IMG/VR virus record: IMGVR_UViG_3300025683_000003
Reading direction: 5' to 3' (one strand)
From: a virus
DNA: 64,000 nt
The notes under the pieces were generated by a model. That model made no database searches. It was not told where the DNA came from and saw only the letters and a list, made by a program, of their open reading frames with translations. The position numbers and the translations under genes are program-made. Positions 27,056 to 37,384 of this stretch are shown one piece after another. The first letter of the stretch is position 1, and every line of letters begins with the position of its first letter.

Positions 27056-29853
27056 TTAAATCTTTTCGTTTTTATTCCCTACATTTGCCAAAACAACACC
27101 TACAGAAGTATCATTATCTTTGATTTTGAACTTTAGGTATGGTAATAGTAGGCACACAACTTCCGCATAAGCCAACCCTGGTTTAGTCCAATTTATATCC
27201 TTAGCCTCTTCTTGAATAAACGAAGCTACAGCCAGATCATTCCCAGTAATTAAGGTATTTAAACCCTTAGAGAGTACATCTTGGGCACAATCATCTTTGG
27301 ATATAACAAGTTCTAATCTATTGCTCATAATTCTCCGACAAGCACCCAGTCTTTTGTAAGTGCCATGAAGATATTCATCTTCTCTTCTATTTTTACCACA
27401 GGTGTACCCTTAATGTAAAGTCCTATCAAATTTAGACGCTCGTTATAGTAAATCATTCAGACCTCTGCTTGTGTGGATTTAAGTATAGCGGACATTGATC
27501 ATTATGTAAATATTTATTATCGGACAAAACCCAGGCTCCACAATTGCAATTACCAGTCTTCATATTTAGGGCAGAACGCCCCCATCCAGCAGTCTTTGTG
27601 TGAATCAATTCACCGCTCGATAAAAACTTACTAAACTCTGTTTTAGGCATGGATTTCATCTGGTATGTCGAATCATCGGACTGAAATAACAGCTGGTCCC
27701 CATCTTTTTTAAACGACACATATTCACTAGGTACTATATATCGCTTATACTCAAAAATGTAAGTGTACCCATTAGGCCAATCAATAAAAAAATCTTCAAT
27801 TTGAGATTTAGTCATTTTTAGATTTCCTTAATTCTTTTAGTTGTCGCTCTGCTTGAGATTCGACAATGCATTCGTAACGTCTAACTACTGCCGATTTAAA
27901 AACATGGTTTTTATCTTTAAAATTATCAACTACTTTGACAAATGAAGGCCCTGACTGAATTACGTTGCCGTCTAAAGTTTCCAAATATTCTATGGTTGTC
28001 ACTGGAACTTCGCAGTCGCCAACAAGAGCTTGCAGCTCAAGAGTTTTTTTGTCTAGAGCATCATAAAGAGATCTTGTTGAATCTATCAGCGCTTTTAAAT
28101 TTAAAATCTCCCTACTGAGCTTTTGGATTTGCATATCAGACTCTATGGTCTTTTTTAAATCAGACATAAAACCTCCTATGGATTGCGCATTCTAAGGCTT
28201 GGGTCTACACTTGGATCACTAACTTCGGATTGAACTAAGCGTTCATACTCCTCACAGCTAACACTTCTGCCATTATAGTGGCATTGAATCCAAGGATTGA
28301 CAGTTTCGTGCCGTTTAATAAAAAGGCTTAAATCTTGTAGTTGTTTTAAGCTTTTTTTGCTTGCAGTCTCTTTTCCATACCCACAATCATCTGCCTTGAC
28401 GTATCCAGATATTAGGATCAGTGCTGCATATAAATATTTAGTGAAGCTCATTGTTATTCTCCATATCGTAGTCAACTGTCGCCAGCTGGTTTAAGATGAA
28501 TATAATAAGCATATCATACTTTCCGAATTCTACCGAGGAAATTTTAAAATCAAGCCCAAAAGCGTATCGTATTGCGACAGCATCTTTAATTTTAGGGTTT
28601 AGGCACACCATAACTGCCCCAACAACTCCGTCTAGGGCAAATTGATTGTGAAAAAACCTTATCCCCCTTTTTTGAGCAGTTGAGTCAATAACTACTTTTT
28701 TTCTTATTTTAGTGATGCGATCAATAAGGGATGATTTAAATTCTGCTGTTATGTCTTCCAATTTTACCACAATTTCTGCAAACACTAACGCCATTTTTCA
28801 TTACAAAATCACAGTATATGCACGTTATGCTACTTTTAATATTCGCTTTTTTGCGACCTCTTATTACTAAAAAGACAACTAACAGCGAGGAGAATACACT
28901 CCCTGCTGTAAAAAATAAGGGCCAATCCGTGGCCCCAAAACCTTCCATAGTTATTAAGTCAAATAACACTCTACTTACCTTGCATTAAAGCTTTGAACCC
29001 TCGGATAGCCGCTCTTTGAGTTTTAGAACCAGTCGTTTTCTTTCTTTTACCAGCAATAACTCTAGCCAAACGATTTGTTTCAATCTCTAAATTTAACAAT
29101 CTCAATAGTTTTGATTTATCAACTGAAGTAGTCACTACTCCATCTTCACCTGTAGTCGATACAGTTGCAGATAATTTAGCTGCCTTGTAAGATTCTTTAC
29201 CTACTTGCCCTTTAAGGACTTTAAACATTCTAACTTCACGTTGATTAACTTCTGATACAGCTTTTTTATAAGCCTCATTTGACCGCTTCATATTTTTTTG
29301 GTATTGACTAATCATCTTACGCATTTTCATAGTCATTACTTGCAATTGTTGTGCAGATTGACTTTCTGTCACTGCCTCTTCCGAATTTGTAGTTACATCT
29401 AATGAAGTCTCTATCATACGTTCTCCTATTGTATTTTTGGTGATTCTTCTAACATTTTTAAATATTCTTCATAACACGTTTGGCTTGTAGATGAAACGAT
29501 AGTTCCAGTCACTATGCACCCAACTCCCACTAGCTTTTTAGAGAAGCTTGATAGAACCTCCATTAGCTCAGGTTCTGCATATCTAAAGGCACATATGGTC
29601 TTGGTGTCGCCTTCTGGAGTTAAATAATAAACCGTTCCTACAAGCATATTGTTTTCCATTAATCTACAGGCTCCACATTGATTTTTTCTGGAAATGTAAA
29701 CTCGTCTTTTATCTGTAATACATTAATAACAGCCTTAACATAACATTGTGCCAAAAACTCTCTGTCGCTTAAATCCTTGGCTGCATCATTGATGTAATAA
29801 TCTTTTGAGAACTCAAGGATTTTATTAAGATCGTATTTTGTAATGTTCTTCAC
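27056..29853 (-). CDS. Block of hypothetical ORFs (27056..27328, ~27325..27456, 27453..27815, 27808..28167, 28176..28475, 28438..28794, 28736..28969, 28971..29417, 29426..29659, 29659..29853)
   Basis: Contiguous same-strand ORFs; Cys clusters in 27453 (CNCG..H..C) and 28736 (TM + CxxC..CxxC); signal-like segment in 28176. Confidence 0.55.
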
Positions 29854-29863
29854 AATATCTCCG

Positions 29864-30310
29864 TTAAAACTCTAATGATACCGTTAATCCCAACTCCCCT
29901 TGAGTGCTTCCTTGCACTCCGATTGAGATTGGGCCAGCAATCCGTCGCTCGATACCATAAGTATACACTGGAATTAATTTAAAGTCAATAGTACTTACAC
30001 CAACTCTTACTCTATTTTTTACAGACTCCTTAGAAACTACAGTAGATTCTTTTTGTGAAACGCTAACACTTCCTTCAATCTGACTTTTATCGACTTCTTT
30101 TCTGTCAATGATAACAGTACCGTCTGGACGCTTCTCTGTGCGTTCAACAACAACGACATCTTTTTTAGTTACAACCTTTTCCTGAATCTCAATTTCTTTT
30201 TTAATTTCCACTTTTGCTGGCTGCAAATATCTACCAGTTCCATAACCAACTAAAGCTAATACCACTCCAGCTACCAAAATACCAGCAGATTCTTTTAATC
30301 CAATTTCCAT
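29864..30310 (-). CDS. Membrane-anchored protein with C-terminal amphipathic beta-strands ending in Phe
   Basis: N-terminal TM helix; ends GPISIGVQGSTQGELGLTVSLEF. Confidence 0.6.
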   Translation of the reverse strand: MEIGLKESAGILVAGVVLALVGYGTGRYLQPAKVEIKKEIEIQEKVVTKKDVVVVERTEKRPDGTVIIDRKEVDKSQIEGSVSVSQKESTVVSKESVKNRVRVGVSTIDFKLIPVYTYGIERRIAGPISIGVQGSTQGELGLTVSLEF

Positions 30311-30318
30311 AAATTCTC

Positions 30319-30987
30319 CTATATTAAAACAGATTCAATACTTGTTACTTTCATCATCTCTAGGATTACCCCAGAAATGTGCTCTAATCTTTCAATATGA
30401 CTCTGGCATTCAAAAAAGCTATCACCCACTGCAAATACACCATGTCGAATCATAACTGAAATGTCAGGAGGATTTAAAGACGATTCTGGTAAAAATGAGT
30501 CTTCTACGCTTTGATGAAGGGCTACAGAGCCAGGCGTTTGGAATGGTATAGTCTTTCCAAGTTTAGTATATCTGTGCAGTTCTGGCCATTCTGTCATCAT
30601 TTTACGTTCTAATCTTTCAACTAAGTGCGGATAATTGTTGTTTACCGCAGAGAATAGGGCAACAGTTTTTGGGCTGTGCACATGTATAGAAAATGCCTTG
30701 CTAGAGCAAAATAGGGCCGATAGGTGAGCTGGGGTCTCAATGGATGGCTTTAGCCCAGACGGAGATTCAATAACTTCACCTAAACCATCAACTTCAACAA
30801 TCATGTCAGTAGACATGTGCTGCTTAGGGATGCTTGTAGGTGTCACAAAAAATCTTTCATCAAATTTAAAGCAAGCGTTTCCATCCATAGATGTGATATA
30901 TCCTTGTGAATACATGTCAGCCATAATACCAACTGCATGTACCTTTAATGCTTTTAGTGCTACATCTTTTGATGATTGCATTCCCAT
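30319..30987 (-). CDS. Class II aldolase/adducin family protein
   Basis: GN...FFVTPTS, KPSIETPAH, IHVHS and RHG Zn-binding motifs. Confidence 0.85.
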   Translation of the reverse strand: MGMQSSKDVALKALKVHAVGIMADMYSQGYITSMDGNACFKFDERFFVTPTSIPKQHMSTDMIVEVDGLGEVIESPSGLKPSIETPAHLSALFCSSKAFSIHVHSPKTVALFSAVNNNYPHLVERLERKMMTEWPELHRYTKLGKTIPFQTPGSVALHQSVEDSFLPESSLNPPDISVMIRHGVFAVGDSFFECQSHIERLEHISGVILEMMKVTSIESVLI

Positions 30988-32555
30988 TAAGTCTCCTGCT
31001 TTTTACCTGGAACGTAGTTTGCCGTTGGTATTAAGCTAACACTATTATCAGTTGTTGGCAATTGTTTTTGCTTATTCAGCGCAACATCTATTATCTCTGT
31101 TGAAAATTTTTCATTTGATTCTTGAATATAAGACTCCAAAAATCCACCAGGGATGTCTGTCTGCCACATGCCATTATTGTCATACATATTTTTGTCACCA
31201 AAAACATTAGCTGCGTGATATGCGGTTCGAGTATTAATCGTAATATCTGTGTCCCCACCTCGGGATTTTGCAATATTAAAACGAACAATCTTCTTCCTTT
31301 TGTCATCTGCGGATCTATTAAGTGTAAACACATTTGCTAAATTTTGAATAATTCCGTAAGACTCATCAACCTCTTCCATGCCAAGGAGTGTTTTAGATTC
31401 TATACTTCCGCTATTTTGACGAAGACCGTTTCTATTAGTCTGGATAGCAACAAACACATGGGCATCTAACTCAGCTGCCAGCTGATTAAATGTATCGTAA
31501 ACTAATGCCAATTCATGTCTAGCCGCATCTTTACCCATTGCAAATCGTGATTTTAGCTTTTTAGGGTAGTCATCAATGATAATATCGAAACCTTTACCAG
31601 TCTTATTTTTTTTGTCATCATTTAATTTTTTGACTAGTTCTACCACATCTTCTACGAACATTCCACCAGTTTTCATATATGGAACATAAGTAATGTGTTT
31701 ATTGATATACTCACCAATCTCTGTGATAATTCCATATTTAGATGGGTCGTCCATCCATTTATACCAAGTATCCTTCTCTATTCCTAGATATGACATAAAT
31801 ATACGTTCACGTATTTCATCTTGATTACCTTCATGCAATAAGAACAATGCGTCTTGTTTTTGCCATGCAGCATGCCTAGCAATTGTTACAAGGCAGGCCG
31901 TTTTGCCCTGATTAGATGGAGCCATAACCGCACAAGTTTCACCTCTAAATAATCCCCCACCTAAAGCCTTATCTAAAGCTTTACACCCTGTACTAATGGC
32001 ATTAGAGCGCTTATCCTTATTCTTTCTACCCCACTCAAGCGGATTATCAAAAGTTAGTGCTACATCCTCATCAACAAATGAGGCATCCTGTATGGCATTA
32101 ATGCGCATTTTAGACCATTCATATGCGTCCTCAAACCCTTGCTGCTTGTATCTTTTTGCTGCCCCTTCAATACTCTCTTTAAATAACGACAAACGCAAAA
32201 AAGCTGTTAGACTTCTTTCTAATTTATCGAGAGTAAACAGGTCTTTGGCCTGAAAAATACACAAATCAATTGCATCGTAATACTTCTTCTTTTCAAATGG
32301 AGTTTGGTCTAGGAAAAAGAAGTCGCTTTTAAATTCTTCTATAGATTTTATGAATACGCCATCAGTTTTGTACACCTTACATAGCAAATCAAAAATAACT
32401 CCATGTAGCGGATTCTTTGTAAACCAAGTTCCACGCAACTTGGTGTGTGCCTTAAGAAAAAATTTGTAGTTTATAAGGCAATGGCCAACAATGGCTCCCT
32501 GTTGTGATTCAGAGAACGGAAGTATGTGGTCTGACACTCTATTTTCTTCGCTCAT
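30987..32555 (-). CDS. dnaB: DnaB-like replicative helicase
   Basis: Walker A APSNQGKT, Walker B IIIDDY, IQTNR, IAKSRGG. Confidence 0.85.
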   Translation of the reverse strand: MSEENRVSDHILPFSESQQGAIVGHCLINYKFFLKAHTKLRGTWFTKNPLHGVIFDLLCKVYKTDGVFIKSIEEFKSDFFFLDQTPFEKKKYYDAIDLCIFQAKDLFTLDKLERSLTAFLRLSLFKESIEGAAKRYKQQGFEDAYEWSKMRINAIQDASFVDEDVALTFDNPLEWGRKNKDKRSNAISTGCKALDKALGGGLFRGETCAVMAPSNQGKTACLVTIARHAAWQKQDALFLLHEGNQDEIRERIFMSYLGIEKDTWYKWMDDPSKYGIITEIGEYINKHITYVPYMKTGGMFVEDVVELVKKLNDDKKNKTGKGFDIIIDDYPKKLKSRFAMGKDAARHELALVYDTFNQLAAELDAHVFVAIQTNRNGLRQNSGSIESKTLLGMEEVDESYGIIQNLANVFTLNRSADDKRKKIVRFNIAKSRGGDTDITINTRTAYHAANVFGDKNMYDNNGMWQTDIPGGFLESYIQESNEKFSTEIIDVALNKQKQLPTTDNSVSLIPTANYVPGKKQET

Positions 32556-32563
32556 AATTCTCC

Positions 32564-33559
32564 CTATACCTTAATCTTGCCAACATCTTTAATTTTAAAG
32601 CTGATGTGTGTAAATATTTCGTGTAAATTTACTTCTTCTGCACCATTAAATGCATCTAAAGCTTCCTGATATGTGCAATCTCCAAAATCGTCTCTATGTG
32701 CTGGTACATTTATTTTGTAAAACTTTGCATCTGGAACTATTTTTTTATATGCATTAACTAAATTGGGAATTTTATCGTCAGCATCTCTATCTAAGGCTAG
32801 GTATATATTTTTAACGCCATACTCTGCTATAACCTCAAATTGCCCTAAGCTAATCTCTTTACCCATTGTGGCCACAAAATGCTTGGCCAGCTCAAATTTC
32901 ATAGCAGATATGGGTCCTTCGGCAATAATGGCCATCTTGTTTGAGTTATTTTTTAGATTATCAACAAACATCACAGCCCTATCTCGCCATCTGCCAGGCC
33001 AATTTTTCATTCTAAACGCCTTATCGACCTTATCAATTGCACGACCTTGATAGCCAATCAATCTATCTCCATCAAATACTGGGAATATCACCCTACGGTC
33101 TCCAGGGCTATATGCAATATTATACTTTATCGTATCAGGGATGTGTATTCCTCGACCATTTAAATACGACATACCATCTACAGCTTTTTCATCTGGAAAG
33201 AAGTATGTGTCATGGGGTAAAATTGCATCTGGCACTGCTTCTACCTTTTTTACTAACTCGACGTCATCAAAATTAACGTCAATATCTTCTCCAAGTTGAG
33301 TTTGAAAGCCGAGAATCTCATCTTTCACTTGCTTAATGGAAATACCAGCTATTAGGCTTAGGGCATAGAAGGGTTTTGAACCTTTCTTAGGGCAATTCTC
33401 AAGCTCTTGACGAAAACATACAGTGCGTCCGTCTTTCTTCTGAACGTACAGCTTTGAGTCTCCATTGCATACTGGACAATCAAACTGGTAACTCCTATTA
33501 TTTTCATTATTAGGAGTTATTTTATGTTTTATGAAGAAGTCTTTAAGTTGTGCTTCCAC
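32564..33559 (-). CDS. DNA primase (Zn-binding domain + TOPRIM)
   Basis: CPVC...CF...C; RVIFPV..G..IGYQGR; AEG; ALDRD. Adjacent to the helicase. Confidence 0.85.
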   Translation of the reverse strand: MEAQLKDFFIKHKITPNNENNRSYQFDCPVCNGDSKLYVQKKDGRTVCFRQELENCPKKGSKPFYALSLIAGISIKQVKDEILGFQTQLGEDIDVNFDDVELVKKVEAVPDAILPHDTYFFPDEKAVDGMSYLNGRGIHIPDTIKYNIAYSPGDRRVIFPVFDGDRLIGYQGRAIDKVDKAFRMKNWPGRWRDRAVMFVDNLKNNSNKMAIIAEGPISAMKFELAKHFVATMGKEISLGQFEVIAEYGVKNIYLALDRDADDKIPNLVNAYKKIVPDAKFYKINVPAHRDDFGDCTYQEALDAFNGAEEVNLHEIFTHISFKIKDVGKIKV

Positions 33560-34010
33560 TATACCTCTTTAACCCACTCAACAATTTTGTTAACCCATTC
33601 TTACGAATCTTACTATACATCTTAGTATTTTCACTTCGGAACTGATTCAAAGTCTTATATTGGGATATTACCTCAGACATCTGGTTAATGTCAACACCTC
33701 TATCATATTTCTTATTCATGTGAGATGTGACTTCTTTTAGCCAACCTTTTTTAACGCATAGTTGGTAGTCATATTGGTTTTCTTGTCTCCAGGCACCAAT
33801 ATCAGTATATTGAGATGATTTGGCGAGGATTGTGTCTATAGTGACACTGCGCTTTTTGGTAACACCAGATTCTTCGATTATTTGCTTTGCAACACCATAT
33901 TTGTAAGCCGCATTATATGCAGCCCTACTCTTGTACATTACATCAGACAGTTTACTATGCTTTTTAAATTCGGCTAAAATGGTATGGTATGTCCACTTTT
34001 TATCTATCAT
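33543..34010 (-). CDS. Protein of three ~50-aa repeats of the homing-endonuclease DNA-binding type, with no nuclease domain
   Basis: Repeat consensus w/vT..i...k.Y.t..ef....p..Y....k.Gwl..v..hm. Confidence 0.65.
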   Translation of the reverse strand: MIDKKWTYHTILAEFKKHSKLSDVMYKSRAAYNAAYKYGVAKQIIEESGVTKKRSVTIDTILAKSSQYTDIGAWRQENQYDYQLCVKKGWLKEVTSHMNKKYDRGVDINQMSEVISQYKTLNQFRSENTKMYSKIRKNGLTKLLSGLKRYSGSTT

Positions 34011-35830
34011 TTATTCCTCTTCGGATACGGCTTGATTAGTGGAGTGATTGCAGCCTCTAAATCTCTTTTTTCGTATTTATTACCCTTAAAGTAGAAGTAC
34101 CGTCCTTTACTTTTTTGCTTTACAAATAATACGTCTGGATATTTTTTAAGTATATCCTCTTTTCTCTGAGATCCAACCTTAGCTCGTATTGATCGTGAAC
34201 CGTAAAGCTTGCCATTAATGACAAAGCCGCTAATATTTTTATTTTCTTTCATTGAACCTACGTATTTAAAATTACATGCTTGATAGATTGTTCCAATTTC
34301 ACCAGCCAAAGGATCAACTGTGGCAGTAATTACTTTGTATTGCTCTGGCAAAAGGTTAATAGATTTGGCAATAAGGTGACTTGCAGCCCAATTTGGAGCC
34401 CAATGGACACAAGCTCCACGAGATAGTAATATCATTTTTCCAGTGTAGCCGTACTTATCCCAAACTCCGAGATTTTCAGAATATTCAGGACTGAATACTG
34501 TGACCCCAGCTAAGTGCTCACCAAAAAATAGCCCATAACAGTGTAGCACTACGGCTGGCATGCTTTGAAGCCATTCGTATTTCATGATAATCTTTCTTGC
34601 CTCTTTTGCAGGTATAGGTTTTACAACAGGGTTTGAAAAGTCATTAATTGGTGCCAGCTCATGACTATATTTATCCCTGAGGATTTTTTGATACGCCTTC
34701 ATTTCAATATTAAGGCTGCTATTGGAATTAATAAAATCAACTATCTGCGATAGAGTATGACTTTTAAGCGCAGTCCATAGAGCTTCTTCGATAAACAGTA
34801 TCTTGATGCCTAAGCTTTTAAAATAGTCGATTTTCATTTTTCTATGATGACTCTTACTATCATAACCGCGACTCTGCATAAGCTTGTTGCTATGCCAATA
34901 TGTTCCATCAAATTCGATGCCTAATTTTAAATCTGGCATATAAACATCCAGCTCAAATCTTCTTCCCCTCTCTCTTTTATACCTAAAGTGAGGCAAGACT
35001 TTTATTCCTAATCCTTTCACAAAATCTCTAACTTCCACCTCACCTTTTGACTCTCCAGCTATCCTTGGAAGAATCTTAGCTACTTCTTCAGAAACTTTGT
35101 GTTTTATTTCTGCACTCTTAACGCCTCTATTTGCTCTATAGAAGTCTGATCTAGACCTATATTTTTTAGCCTCTTCTAAAATGCTTTCTGCATCCCATTT
35201 TTTATTATGTTTTCTTTCTAAATCTGATGTTAGGTGTAAATTTCTACTTCTCAGTAGATACCCGTATAGCGACGGATTATTTTTCGTCAATTCTGAAATT
35301 GATGTGAATTTGCTTATAGATTCTTTCAAACTATCTTCAGAAATTTTCTGGCGTTGTCTTACTAGATGAGCACTAACCTCTTCTAGCCATCCATTTCTGT
35401 TACAGGTGGATACGTCTTGTGGGCAATCTTTACTCCACTCATAATATGTAGTGTATTTTAATGCGGTAGCAATAACCTCTTCTTTAGAAATATCCTTACG
35501 CTTTTTTTGTACTTGTATTCCCGACAGTTCACAAAGCTCTTCCTTCCATCCATGGTGGAAGGCTATATCTATAGCTTTTCTACTGTTTTTTACTAATTCT
35601 GTCATTGTGGAATATTTTTTAAACTCCTCGAGACACTTATCAAACGTCCAAACAATTCTGCCTTCCATATGTGCAGTAAAATCTTCCATTAGGCCGTTTT
35701 TAGACGTCCATCGGTACTCATTTGGGCAAGCTTTTAACCATTCAGACTTCACCAAATAAGAAAGCGCCTCCTTGCGGACGCGCTCTTTTCTGTCTTCAAA
35801 ATTTTCTCTTTTTTGGCGTTCTTTTTTCAT
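34007..35830 (-). CDS. Fusion of five ~50-aa repeats, a Vsr/PD-(D/E)xK-like endonuclease and a Mom-like GNAT DNA-modification domain
   Basis: SKGEVEV...ELDVYMPDLKLGIEFDGTYWH nuclease (~35056-34720); LSRGAC...ASHLIAKS...VDPLAGEIGTIYQACNFKYVG Mom-like domain (34702-34007). Confidence 0.75.
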   Translation of the reverse strand: MKKERQKRENFEDRKERVRKEALSYLVKSEWLKACPNEYRWTSKNGLMEDFTAHMEGRIVWTFDKCLEEFKKYSTMTELVKNSRKAIDIAFHHGWKEELCELSGIQVQKKRKDISKEEVIATALKYTTYYEWSKDCPQDVSTCNRNGWLEEVSAHLVRQRQKISEDSLKESISKFTSISELTKNNPSLYGYLLRSRNLHLTSDLERKHNKKWDAESILEEAKKYRSRSDFYRANRGVKSAEIKHKVSEEVAKILPRIAGESKGEVEVRDFVKGLGIKVLPHFRYKRERGRRFELDVYMPDLKLGIEFDGTYWHSNKLMQSRGYDSKSHHRKMKIDYFKSLGIKILFIEEALWTALKSHTLSQIVDFINSNSSLNIEMKAYQKILRDKYSHELAPINDFSNPVVKPIPAKEARKIIMKYEWLQSMPAVVLHCYGLFFGEHLAGVTVFSPEYSENLGVWDKYGYTGKMILLSRGACVHWAPNWAASHLIAKSINLLPEQYKVITATVDPLAGEIGTIYQACNFKYVGSMKENKNISGFVINGKLYGSRSIRAKVGSQRKEDILKKYPDVLFVKQKSKGRYFYFKGNKYEKRDLEAAITPLIKPYPKRNK

Positions 35831-35834
35831 ATAT

Positions 35835-36860
35835 CTAAGTTATATCATTCTCCGCAATCTTTTTCAATAGTTTTTGCTGGAGATCAGGGTCGGACGAAAT
35901 TGCGTTTGCGAAATTGTCGAAACCGACCCATTTCTGACCGTCTACGACATAACTGGTATTATTAGGTCTTTCAACAGCACCCATATTATTTGCTAGCTCT
36001 GCAATCTCAATATGAGCATTTACAAGCCCCTCAGTATAAGATAAGTGGACTTCAGCCGATCTATTTTGAGGCCCTAATGAGTTTTCTTCCATTTTGACGC
36101 GAATACTATGTCCAACCTGGATAGCATTACCGCTACCATCAAGTCGATCACTATCAAATACTTTACTATCTTTTGAATCAATCTTTTGACATAAAATCCA
36201 ATACTCTGTAAAAAATTTTAAGGCGCTCCCTCCTGGGATCGTATACGGCTTGTACTTTGCTGAGTTAGGGTCCATATTGGCACGAGTGTGCTGGATCATA
36301 ATATTATACAAATTGTATTTACGAATGACTGGCAAGATAGCCTTCATTGCTCGCTTAAGGTAAGCTGAGGCATCTCCAATAATATGGTTAGACAAAGATT
36401 CAGCGCCTGCCTCTTTTGGATAACTAACACCCTCTAAAGAGTCGATGATGATCATTTTGATGGGAGCCCCTTCCTGAAGCATTGCGTGCACATCCGTTGC
36501 GATAAAATCAAAAATCTCTTTAGGGTCATTGGTCGCATAGCTAATAATTCGACTCGTATCAATTCCAAACACTTTTGCCCATGTAGGTACAGTCTTTCTC
36601 ATCTCTGTATCAAAATGAAGCACAATAGCTTCTGGATCTTCACGATGCAATGCACCAGCTAAAGCCATTGAGAATAGGGTCTTGCCGGATTTTGCTGGCC
36701 CATAAATTAATGCCGAATATCCAGCTTTTAAACCTTGCGCCTTACCAAAGATGTAGTTAAATGCTGGGCTAGGACTCTTTAGAACATCCTCTTTTTTACC
36801 CTCAAAATTAACCACTCCACCGTTCTTTTTTAACATTTTTATCCATTTTTCACTACTCAT
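35835..36860 (-). CDS. recA: RecA/UvsX-like recombinase
   Basis: YGPAKSGKT, IIIDSL, PGGSALKF. Confidence 0.9.
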   Translation of the reverse strand: MSSEKWIKMLKKNGGVVNFEGKKEDVLKSPSPAFNYIFGKAQGLKAGYSALIYGPAKSGKTLFSMALAGALHREDPEAIVLHFDTEMRKTVPTWAKVFGIDTSRIISYATNDPKEIFDFIATDVHAMLQEGAPIKMIIIDSLEGVSYPKEAGAESLSNHIIGDASAYLKRAMKAILPVIRKYNLYNIMIQHTRANMDPNSAKYKPYTIPGGSALKFFTEYWILCQKIDSKDSKVFDSDRLDGSGNAIQVGHSIRVKMEENSLGPQNRSAEVHLSYTEGLVNAHIEIAELANNMGAVERPNNTSYVVDGQKWVGFDNFANAISSDPDLQQKLLKKIAENDIT

Positions 36861-36868
36861 ATTATCTC

Positions 36869-37384
36869 CTATCCAGCATAATTCTTTTCGCTAGACAATC
36901 TATTGTTAATTTCCAAAATCTTCTTTGTTCCATGATAAGCATACTCAACTGCCTTCATTCGGGAACGTAAATAATCAGCCGTAACCTTAAGACCTGACAC
37001 TCTAGACCTAGAAGCACTTACTTCGCGATCTAATGCTAAAGCCGCAGCTCTAGTGTCTGCTGATGACTTTACGTTTTTAAAGCTAAGAACCTTCTCAACG
37101 CGATCTAGTAAGGCTTCAGCCTCAGTTTCTTCAAGGGCTTGCTCTGCATCATACAGTTCAAGCTCAACCAGACTAATTGCTCGTGCAATATGTAATAATC
37201 CAGAGTTAAATTCCATAATAAGCTCACCAGCTGTAATTGCTGAGGCTCTAGCCATTTCAGGAATCCTGTTCTCGATCTGAACAATACGAGTTAAATCAAT
37301 CGAAATGGCAGGGAGACCAGGTCTCCCCCTTGGAATGATTAACATATTGTTTTGTTCTTGAAAATCACTACCATTTTCCATCAT
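36869..37384 (-). CDS. Helical protein, possibly a UvsY-like recombination mediator
   Basis: Coiled-coil character; located between RecA and SSB. Confidence 0.4.
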   Translation of the reverse strand: MMENGSDFQEQNNMLIIPRGRPGLPAISIDLTRIVQIENRIPEMARASAITAGELIMEFNSGLLHIARAISLVELELYDAEQALEETEAEALLDRVEKVLSFKNVKSSADTRAAALALDREVSASRSRVSGLKVTADYLRSRMKAVEYAYHGTKKILEINNRLSSEKNYAG

